Of a stretch of 64,000 nucleotides of DNA, positions 27,017 through 34,682 are shown piece by piece. The stretch is from a virus. The first letter of the stretch is position 1; every line of letters starts with the position of its first letter. Both the position numbers and the translations under genes were made by a program. Below the pieces are notes generated by a model that was not told the origin of the DNA, did not search any database, and saw nothing but the letters and a program-made list of their open reading frames with translations. The stretch lies in IMG/VR virus record IMGVR_UViG_3300045988_026316. One strand, 5' to 3'.

Positions 27017-27589
27017 ATGAGTGTGACATCCAATTGTATAACCGAAAACAGTAAGCTCCACATTCAGGAGATGCTTCTCACTCCTCAGATCAGTGAGACT
27101 GTGTATTCTGATGTAAAGAAGGGTAAGACCTATAAGCTTACACGGATCCGAAACGACGGATCAATTTATCTCGGTGAGACTTCTTATGAGTGGTGGAACA
27201 ATCTGTTCAACCTTAGTAAGGAGATCTCATTTGAGACGTTCTGTATGCGAGTATACGAGGCTATTGCCCAGATGGCTGGTGCAGAGGGCTCCGATACCCA
27301 AAAGACAATCATGCGTGGTTTGAATAAAGACATTCTTACTGCGCTAATAGCTACGAAAGATGTGAATATCGTGGTGGATCGTTTGTTCGATACACTGCGC
27401 TTCGCAATCGAATCTAGCCCCATGGCGTCTAAGGGGACTCCCTTACGGCGTGAGTCTGCTGAGGATATCCTTAGTAAACTAAAATTCACTGGAGGAGCCG
27501 ATCTTCCTGTATACGACTCCCGAGGCGACATTCTCGTGACACTTTACATGGAACCTACTGGATATAAGGTACGGCATGTGGACGATTAA
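27017..27589 (+). CDS. hypothetical protein
   Basis: Track ORF starting 2 nt after the previous stop. Confidence 0.65.
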   Translation: MSVTSNCITENSKLHIQEMLLTPQISETVYSDVKKGKTYKLTRIRNDGSIYLGETSYEWWNNLFNLSKEISFETFCMRVYEAIAQMAGAEGSDTQKTIMRGLNKDILTALIATKDVNIVVDRLFDTLRFAIESSPMASKGTPLRRESAEDILSKLKFTGGADLPVYDSRGDILVTLYMEPTGYKVRHVDD

Positions 27590-27599
27590 CTTGGGCTAA

Positions 27600-27913
27600 C
27601 CAGATGCTACAGTCATCTGTAGTTGCAGATCAATGCGTATCTGTAACATACCTTTATGTGAGCTCGTAACATATCGTATCATTAAACCAATAGACTTCCT
27701 ACATTATAAGCCAAAATGTTCTATGAACAACTTATGTTCCATATGCTGTAGTCATATGCCGTCTTAAGATCAATGCGTATCTTAAGAGCAAAGTTTGTAT
27801 GTTCAATGAACTAAGAGCTAACTCCAAACAACAACAATCACCCCTAAAGAACTGCGTTTGCGCTCCGTATGCTGTAGTCATACGCCTTTGTAAGATCAAT
27901 GCGTATCTTACAA
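27600..27913 (+). repeat. three copies of a ~49-nt two-hairpin element
   Basis: Copies lie at 27600-27647, 27739-27787 and 27865-27913. Hairpin 1 stems are CAGATG/CATCTG, CATATG/CATATG and CGTATG/CATACG, with loop CT(A/G)(C/T)AGT. Hairpin 2 has 8-bp stems that differ between copies, with the invariant loop CAATGCGT. Confidence 0.75.
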
Positions 27914-27935
27914 GTCAAGCTTACGCAGTTCACAC

Positions 27936-28007
27936 TGTCCCGTGGTGTAAATGGAAACACAACAGATTTTGGTTCTGTCATTCATGGTTCGAACCCATGC
28001 GGGATAA
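27936..28007 (+). tRNA. tRNA-Gln(TTG)
   Basis: Acceptor TGTCCCG/CGGGATA with a U1-A72 pair, D arm GTGT-AAATGGAA-ACAC, anticodon arm ACAGA-TTTTGGT-TCTGT, and T arm CATGG-TTCGAAC-CCATG. Confidence 0.85.
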
Positions 28008-28064
28008 CTAGGTAACTTACGAGGCACTCGAATTCAACTATGTTTTACTTTAAAGATATCAAAT

Positions 28065-28598
28065 ATGAAGAAGAATAAGAAGTTGAATGCCAATGATATT
28101 ATCAGCACTCGTAAGCGTCTCGATAGTGAGATTGCCACCTATTGGTCTTTTATCAAGGCCGAGAACACATTGCGTAATAACGCTCTGAAGTTTCGTACAC
28201 ACAATCTTCTGGAGCTATATAACCAAATTACGCAGAAGATTGAGCACCGAATCCTGATTAAGGGTTTGCTCAATAATCTTAACAACGACAAGCTTAGTTT
28301 TAGTAGTTCTGAGTTTATGAAGACTCATTACTATAACATTTTCCGTCTTCAGGAGTGTCAGGAGCAGATTACGAAGCTTAATGAGATTCGTAAACGCTGT
28401 CTTGCACCTCAATTGAAGGCTCAGAAGGGTAAGAAGGCGCTCGGTTATAACGAGGTGTTTACCCATGAGAAGATTTCATCTATCATCAACAAGCTTGAGT
28501 TGATGGTGGCATCTTGCAAGAGTGCAATTGCCAAGTATAATGACGAGACGCAGATTGAGATAATTGACAACAGTCTCGATGCCGTTCTTGCGGCATAA
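28065..28598 (+). CDS. hypothetical coiled-coil-like protein
   Basis: Track ORF. Confidence 0.65.
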   Translation: MKKNKKLNANDIISTRKRLDSEIATYWSFIKAENTLRNNALKFRTHNLLELYNQITQKIEHRILIKGLLNNLNNDKLSFSSSEFMKTHYYNIFRLQECQEQITKLNEIRKRCLAPQLKAQKGKKALGYNEVFTHEKISSIINKLELMVASCKSAIAKYNDETQIEIIDNSLDAVLAA

Positions 28599-28779
28599 AA
28601 CAAGATAGAGCTTAGTGTTTTGGACTGCCCAGAGGGGATTCTGATCGATGCAGAAAAAGCTCACAGAGAGCGTTTAATCAGCACGGCTTAACAACTAACC
28701 ATGAGACGTGTTAGATGCGCTTAGAAGGCCTGTATGAGGCCTTAAATCGAATGTATCACACACTAAAGACATTATCAAA

Positions 28780-29700
28780 ATGAACACATATAATATCGAC
28801 AAGCAGTTTAAGAAGTTTTGGAAGATTAGTCATACAAAGAGCGCATTGTTGTGGAAAATAATGTGTTTTTTGGAAACCAAAAGAGGTCAATCATTCGTTA
28901 ACAACCTGCACAAATTCTCTTTGAAAGAGCTTGGCATGAGGTACGGTATGAACCTTATGACTATTAACAATAGTAAGGACGTATATACAATCATCGATAA
29001 GGCGATGAATCTGTGTAACATGAAACCTACTCCAGGAGCCCCGTATAAGCCCTGGAATGTACCTGAGAAGCCAAATTATCCCATGTACCTTACAAGTGGA
29101 CGTCAGCCCATTAAAACGATCCATACGGCCGTTTATAGGCGTTTTCCGCACACTAAGAAGGTTGAGGACTATGGTTGGGACATCAAGTATCGTGATATCT
29201 CTGACGTAGGATTGTTGGATAACAAGCGTATTTATTGGCGATATGAGTATTATCGTGATTATACGAAACTTCTTGAGAAACATAAGATGGAGCGTTGGGA
29301 GCGTAAGCACCCACGTCCTACGGATACGATGCTGAAACAAGACCTCTTCCCTGAGATGCTAACAGCAGCATGGAAGAAGCGAGAGGGTGAAGCACATAAC
29401 TACATACGTAATCTTGTGAAAGAAAAGTATGACAAATCATCTGTACCGTGTATCGCACGAGTCAAGAACTATGATGGCACGTACAAGAATGAGATTGTGA
29501 GTTGGATCAGTGATCCGCATAACAATATCGGTCGTATAAACAATGACGACTATGCAAACAACTCGTTAGTTCGTACAGGAGCAAAAGATCTCCTGTCATA
29601 TTCCATGAACAAAAATGTTGTATGCGGGTACATACAGAATCGAACTCAGACGTTAGGTCGTACATTGACGATGGACATGATTCATCAGATTGCTGCCTAA
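28780..29700 (+). CDS. hypothetical protein
   Basis: Track ORF with the upstream box CATTATCAAAATG. Confidence 0.65.
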   Translation: MNTYNIDKQFKKFWKISHTKSALLWKIMCFLETKRGQSFVNNLHKFSLKELGMRYGMNLMTINNSKDVYTIIDKAMNLCNMKPTPGAPYKPWNVPEKPNYPMYLTSGRQPIKTIHTAVYRRFPHTKKVEDYGWDIKYRDISDVGLLDNKRIYWRYEYYRDYTKLLEKHKMERWERKHPRPTDTMLKQDLFPEMLTAAWKKREGEAHNYIRNLVKEKYDKSSVPCIARVKNYDGTYKNEIVSWISDPHNNIGRINNDDYANNSLVRTGAKDLLSYSMNKNVVCGYIQNRTQTLGRTLTMDMIHQIAA

Positions 29701-29705
29701 CGTGA

Positions 29706-29744
29706 GACCTATTTAGCACTATAATGGTGCTAAATAGGTCTTTT
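29706..29744 (+). terminator. strong rho-independent terminator
   Basis: A 14-bp stem GACCTATTTAGCAC/GTGCTAAATAGGTC with loop TATAATG, followed by TTTT. Confidence 0.7.
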
Positions 29745-29825
29745 GCGAATGTGGTGGAACGGTAGACACGTAACACTTAGGATGTTATGCTAAATAGCGT
29801 GCAGGTTCGAGTCCTGTCATTCGCA
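29745..29825 (+). tRNA. tRNA-Leu(TAG), type II
   Basis: Acceptor GCGAATG/CATTCGC, anticodon arm TAACA-CTTAGGA-TGTTA, variable arm GCTA-AA-TAGC, and T loop TTCGAGT. Confidence 0.85.
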
Positions 29826-29936
29826 CAATGCATATTGATTGATTTTAAGTTTTTAGTTATTGGAATTTCTTATAAACAAGTCTGTGTCACAAGCGTGTGA
29901 TGAAAATACTCAGGTGTGTGAACATATGAGTATCTT

Positions 29937-30009
29937 GACTCCGTAGCTCAGAGGTTAGAGCAGGGCATAGTTAATGTCAAGATCACAGGTTCGAGTCCTG
30001 TAGGAGTCG
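29937..30009 (+). tRNA. tRNA, probably Asn(GTT), atypical anticodon loop TAGTTAA (A33)
   Basis: It forms a standard 73-nt cloverleaf with D arm GCTC-AGAGGTTA-GAGC and T arm ACAGG-TTCGAGT-CCTGT. Position 33 is A rather than U, and the 7:66 pair is G.A. Confidence 0.55.
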
Positions 30010-30139
30010 CTTTGGTTAATTGTCTTTTTATTAGCATTTTTTACTTTAAATTAAGGTTCTGCAATGATTTGATGATACCACAAAAACATAGTTGCTGTGA
30101 AACAGCTATGTTTTAGCACTAACAGCGGTTAGTGTATTT

Positions 30140-30212
30140 GCCTCTTTAGCTCAGTTGGTAGAGCACGGGCTTTGTACTCCCGGGGTCGTTGGTTCGAATC
30201 CGACAAGAGGCT
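30140..30212 (+). tRNA. tRNA-Thr(TGT)
   Basis: Acceptor GCCTCTT/AAGAGGC, D arm GCTC-AGTTGGTA-GAGC, anticodon loop TTTGTAC, and T arm GTTGG-TTCGAAT-CCGAC. Confidence 0.85.
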
Positions 30213-30218
30213 CTATAT

Positions 30219-30304
30219 GGCGTGATGGTGAAAATGGTAGACACGATGGATTTAAGATCCATTGGCCAGTAATGGTCGTGTGGGTTCGAACCCCACTCGC
30301 GCTA
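30219..30304 (+). tRNA. tRNA-Leu(TAA), type II
   Basis: Acceptor GGCGTGA/TCGCGCT with 2 G.U pairs, anticodon arm ATGGA-TTTAAGA-TCCAT, long variable arm GGCCA-GTAA-TGGTC, and T arm GTGGG-TTCGAAC-CCCAC. Confidence 0.8.
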
Positions 30305-30390
30305 CGTGTTATTTTGTTTTTCCATTAGTTACAACATGTGGTTTTTTTCCATTTATTTCTCATACGGTCTGTGAAGATAGTATGAGACCC

Positions 30391-30463
30391 GGGCCTTTAG
30401 CTTAGTGGTTAAAGCAGCTGACTCATAATCAGAAGATCACAGGTTCAAGCCCTGTATGGCCCA
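30391..30463 (+). tRNA. tRNA-Met/Ile2(CAT)
   Basis: Acceptor GGGCCTT/ATGGCCC with one mismatch, anticodon loop CTCATAA, and T arm ACAGG-TTCAAGC-CCTGT. Confidence 0.8.
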
Positions 30464-30678
30464 CACAACACGAACAGCTGAAATATGTGCTTTGAATATA
30501 AGCAGTAAGTCGTGGCAAGCTTACTTTAAAGTATTTAGCCTTCATGTACTGATAAATATGATTGTTCGTGACACATAACGGCTATAGACGTATAGATCGT
30601 AAAGCCAAAGCCTCTGATGATTCAAGCAATGGCGCAGAACGTAGGCTGCAGTTAGCAACTCACTATAGTTTAAGTTGC

Positions 30679-30730
30679 AGGGCAGAGTGGTTCGAAAATT
30701 CGAGAAAGGGTTCGACTCCCAACTGCCCTC
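30679..30730 (+). ncRNA. weak tRNA-like minihelix TLE6
   Basis: It has a 7-bp acceptor-like stem AGGGCAG/CTGCCCT, but only a 3-bp T-like hairpin GGG-TTCGACT-CCC. It ends 25 nt before ATG 30755. Confidence 0.25.
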
Positions 30731-30754
30731 TATAACCAAACGAGTCTTAGAACC

Positions 30755-32659
30755 ATGGTAATACATAACAAACCAGTTATCGTCTACGATATTGAGGTGT
30801 TTCCGAATGTGTTTCATTGCACTTGCAAAAACACTGAAACTGGAGAGTATAACAAGTTCGAGATTTCGCAACGTAGAATTGATATTGATAGTTTGGTTGA
30901 GTTCTTCAATAGAGATTATCTCTTTTGTGGATACAACAATAAACGCTACGATGATGTTGTAATCAACTATATTATCATGTATCGAGAACCATTATCCAAA
31001 TCTCCTATATGGAGATGTACGGATAGTATCTACAAGCTGTCTCAAACAGTCGTATTGTCCAAAGACGGAGATACTAAAGCATTTAGACGATGGATGTTCG
31101 CAAATTATTTCGAATCTATGGATTTACTAACTATGCTATTTAGTAGTAAGTTACGTGTAGGTTTGAAAGAAATGCAAATAACGATGTTCTATCATAATGT
31201 CCAAGAGTACGATGGAGATTTCAATGAATTTCTTCCACTTAACCAGATTGACAAAATGATAGAGTATAACATCAACGACGTAGATTCAACTGAACAGTTG
31301 CTGAATACGTTACAAAAGAAAGGAGAGATCGATGTACGGTTATTCATGGAAGATGAGTATAATATTAACGCATTATCCATGGACAGCGTCAAATTCGGAG
31401 AAACGATGCTTCTTAAGGAGTATTGTAAACGTACACACCAAAGGGAGAGTATAGTCAGTGAACAAAGATCTCCAATGGATTACGTACCTCTGAAGGACGT
31501 TATATTACCGTTCATTACATATAAAAATCCGATATTACAAGGTGTTTTGGAAGATATGAAACGACAAGTCGTTCCTACCAGAAAAGAGCTTATTCCAAAA
31601 GGCCAAAAAGCATACGAGAAGTGTTTTGTTATCTCGAAAACGCGCTACTCTGTGGGAGTTGGAGGAATTCATTCTTTAAACAAACCAGAGATCTTCGTTC
31701 CAAGTGAAGGTGAGTACATAGGGCATGCAGATGTCACCTCAATGTACCCATCTTTTATTGTACAATACGAGTGGGTACCCCGTCACTTAGGAAAAGAATT
31801 TTGGGAGCTGTATAAGCATGTATATCATGAACGTATAGCTGCCAAACGTAGTGGAGAATCAGTCAAGTCGACAGCTCTAAAGCTTGTACTGAACTCAGTA
31901 ACAGGGAAAATGCAGCAAGAAACCTCATGGATGTATGATCCATTTTCAGTGTTTAAGATTCGTATCAATGGACAATTGGTACTTCTTATGCTTGTAGATA
32001 GATTGCTCCAGTTGGGCTGTAGGATTGTGCAGGTCAATACAGATGGTGTCATGTATGTTGCTAAGGAAGCAGATAGGAGTGGTGTCCAATCAGCAATCCA
32101 TGAAGTAGAGCAACTTACACGTTTAGGTTTCGAAACTGATGACTACGAAGCGTTTTATCAGTACGCTGTTAACGATTATTTCGGTGTCGTTAAAGGGTAT
32201 TCTCAATCCAAGAATCCAAAATTGATAGAGAAAAAAGGAATGTTTATCACAGATGCCAAACTAGGTAAAGGTCTTGCACCATTGATCATACCTAAAGCTG
32301 TGATTAACTATTTCCTTACAAAACAAGATGTGTCAGAGTTTATCAAAAATGCTAATAACATTGATGATTTTTTAATGACACAACGCGTTGATAAGAAGTT
32401 CAAGGTTGAATACGCAGATAAGTATATTCAGCGAATCAACCGCTTCTATGCATCAACAAATGGACACTACTTGTTTAAGGTCAAATATGAGGATGATGGT
32501 CCTCATTATTCGAACATGCTAACAAAATCCGGCATAACGATCTTGAATAAGTTAGATTCCAAACCAATTGAAGACAGAAAGATCAACTACAGCTATTATA
32601 TATCAGAAGCTCGTAAGATTATAAATGATCTAAAATGTCGACAGTTAGAACTCTTTTAG
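30755..32659 (+). CDS. family B DNA polymerase with 3'-5' exonuclease domain
   Basis: Exo I VYDIEVF, Exo II GYNNKRYDDVV and Exo III EYNINDVDS. Polymerase motif A is DVTSMYPS, motif B is KLVLNSVTGKM and motif C is VNTDGV. The stop is TAG 32657-32659, immediately followed by TAA. Confidence 0.9.
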   Translation: MVIHNKPVIVYDIEVFPNVFHCTCKNTETGEYNKFEISQRRIDIDSLVEFFNRDYLFCGYNNKRYDDVVINYIIMYREPLSKSPIWRCTDSIYKLSQTVVLSKDGDTKAFRRWMFANYFESMDLLTMLFSSKLRVGLKEMQITMFYHNVQEYDGDFNEFLPLNQIDKMIEYNINDVDSTEQLLNTLQKKGEIDVRLFMEDEYNINALSMDSVKFGETMLLKEYCKRTHQRESIVSEQRSPMDYVPLKDVILPFITYKNPILQGVLEDMKRQVVPTRKELIPKGQKAYEKCFVISKTRYSVGVGGIHSLNKPEIFVPSEGEYIGHADVTSMYPSFIVQYEWVPRHLGKEFWELYKHVYHERIAAKRSGESVKSTALKLVLNSVTGKMQQETSWMYDPFSVFKIRINGQLVLLMLVDRLLQLGCRIVQVNTDGVMYVAKEADRSGVQSAIHEVEQLTRLGFETDDYEAFYQYAVNDYFGVVKGYSQSKNPKLIEKKGMFITDAKLGKGLAPLIIPKAVINYFLTKQDVSEFIKNANNIDDFLMTQRVDKKFKVEYADKYIQRINRFYASTNGHYLFKVKYEDDGPHYSNMLTKSGITILNKLDSKPIEDRKINYSYYISEARKIINDLKCRQLELF

Positions 32660-32690
32660 TAACCAACTTGTTAACCTTTGAGTATAAGAG

Positions 32691-33260
32691 ATGATTATTG
32701 AATTAGATACAAAACTTGCGGATTTACCGCAACAACTCAATATGAACCAGTTGGTGTTCCTAAGTATGGTATTAGACGACAATCACAAAAATAATCAAGA
32801 CGTCCAAAAAATTGTCAGCCTAATTACGGACGATGAAATATCATACTTAGTTTCTCAGGGACTTATAACCTCGATAGAGAGAGGCAATTCAATTACGTAT
32901 CAAGCAACTGATCAGCTTAAAAACCATCTAAAACCTGAAAAGGATTGGTTTGATCAGTTTTACGATATGTACCCCGTCTATATTATGCGACCAGATGGTG
33001 TAAAAACCTATCTTAGAGCAAATGTAAACAAATGTAGACGCATGTTTAATTCAAATGTTGGAAAAAGCTCAGCAATGGCCCAACATCTCATTGACTGTCT
33101 TAAGTTTGAACTCGATAAAAAGAGTAGAACAGGAAAGTTGATGTATATGAAGACAATGTGGCGATGGTTAGTTGACCATCAGTGGGAAGAATCTGAGGAA
33201 GAAATGCAAGACCAAGTAAACGAAACAAAACAACAAAGTTATGGAACAGAACTCATCTAA
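32691..33260 (+). CDS. hypothetical replication-module protein
   Basis: Track ORF lying between the polymerase and the helicase. Confidence 0.6.
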   Translation: MIIELDTKLADLPQQLNMNQLVFLSMVLDDNHKNNQDVQKIVSLITDDEISYLVSQGLITSIERGNSITYQATDQLKNHLKPEKDWFDQFYDMYPVYIMRPDGVKTYLRANVNKCRRMFNSNVGKSSAMAQHLIDCLKFELDKKSRTGKLMYMKTMWRWLVDHQWEESEEEMQDQVNETKQQSYGTELI

Positions 33261-34170
33261 TCTTAAGATACGACCAATGTCTATAGTAGCTCAAGAAGCT
33301 ATTGACTATATACGTGGTAGGAAGGAACACAGTGTTGTGTCTTTAAGAACAAGATGGAATAAGCTCAACTCTCAGTGCATGGGAGGTATAGAGCCAAACA
33401 CTGTTTATACGTTTACTGGAATTTCAGGAACAGGTAAGAGCTCTCTTGCAAATCTTATCGCAACGGACATTATTGATCTTAATCCGAGTGAAGACATTGT
33501 GATTCTTAATTTTTCGTTAGAAATGGTTGGCTTTAGGCAGGTCGGAAGGACGCTCTCAAACAAGCTTAAGAGAACGACTTCTGACCTGTATAGTTCTGAA
33601 AAGGACCTGGACGACAAAACCTTCGCTAGTGTCGTATCAGTAGCTTCCAAGCTAAAGAAGTATCCAATCTACTTTGTAGACAATCCTGGTACTTCTACGC
33701 AAGTTAAGAACACAATTATGGCATTCTATGAAAAGTACGTAAAAGATACTGGAAAACATTTCATTATAATGTACGATCACGCACTTCTAACAACGCGTGA
33801 TGGTTCAGTATTGGAGACAATAAGCAACCTGCTTCAAGTCTTCATACAAGCTAAGAAGTTACCTCTTACGAGTGTTATACTTCTTACACAAATGAATAGA
33901 AACATAGAACAGCCAGAAAGGATTAACAACCCATCGGGACATTTCCCGATGAGAAGTGATTTATCATCATCAGATGCTGTATTCCAAGGCAGTGATTATG
34001 TCTTGGCAATGCATCGACCGGAATTGTTGGGAATAAGGGAGTACGGACCCATGAAGTTACCAACAGAGAATAAGGTTTACATGCATATCTTAAAAAACAG
34101 AGATGCAGGTAAGCCGTGCATCATCGAATTCGAGAACGATCTTAAGTTCAACAATCTGATTGAGTGCTAA
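33241..34170 (+). CDS. DnaB-family (RecA-fold) replicative helicase-like ATPase
   Basis: Walker A is GISGTGKSSLA and Walker B-like is FIIMYDHALL. The layout matches a DnaB C-terminal domain. Confidence 0.75.
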   Translation: MEQNSSNLKIRPMSIVAQEAIDYIRGRKEHSVVSLRTRWNKLNSQCMGGIEPNTVYTFTGISGTGKSSLANLIATDIIDLNPSEDIVILNFSLEMVGFRQVGRTLSNKLKRTTSDLYSSEKDLDDKTFASVVSVASKLKKYPIYFVDNPGTSTQVKNTIMAFYEKYVKDTGKHFIIMYDHALLTTRDGSVLETISNLLQVFIQAKKLPLTSVILLTQMNRNIEQPERINNPSGHFPMRSDLSSSDAVFQGSDYVLAMHRPELLGIREYGPMKLPTENKVYMHILKNRDAGKPCIIEFENDLKFNNLIEC

Positions 34171-34212
34171 GCATCTGAGAAGACGTTTAACACATTTTAT
34201 AGGCTGAATATT

Positions 34213-34659
34213 ATGATTAAGAATACTTTTATCGTTGACAAGACTAACACCAATAACAATTACAATACGTATGACAACTATTCTGAGGATCTCACTTCTC
34301 TTATTTTGTCTTCTGTGATTGCAAAGAACTCTTCTATGCAGCAGCAGAAGCCCAAGAAGAAGAGTTTGTTTAGTTTTGTGTTCAACAATAAGCCTGCGAA
34401 GACAACGAAGCCGACCAAGGAGATTGGCTTGTTGGAGGCAATCAACTATCTTGCAAACGACTATCACCCCAACAACTATTGCGGTGATTATACGAAGATT
34501 AAGCTTTCTGACGGTACGATTATTCGTATCTTCGGCGACGATGAGGTTCAGATCAACGATACTCTTTTGAGTCTTGATGATTCTGCAGCCATTCTCAAGT
34601 TGCTGAAGCCGTCAACACAGAAGTTGATAATTGATTTCGTGATCAATTTCAAGTTCTAA
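34213..34659 (+). CDS. hypothetical protein
   Basis: Track ORF. Confidence 0.55.
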   Translation: MIKNTFIVDKTNTNNNYNTYDNYSEDLTSLILSSVIAKNSSMQQQKPKKKSLFSFVFNNKPAKTTKPTKEIGLLEAINYLANDYHPNNYCGDYTKIKLSDGTIIRIFGDDEVQINDTLLSLDDSAAILKLLKPSTQKLIIDFVINFKF

Positions 34660-34682
34660 TATAAAAAATAGACTCAAGAAGC

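Noticed and set aside
27799-28011. A 70-aa forward ORF.
   Set aside because: It runs through repeat copy 3 and the whole tRNA-Gln gene, and its product is Cys/Trp-rich nonsense. Only its first few codons (MFNEL) are noted, as part of the repeat unit.
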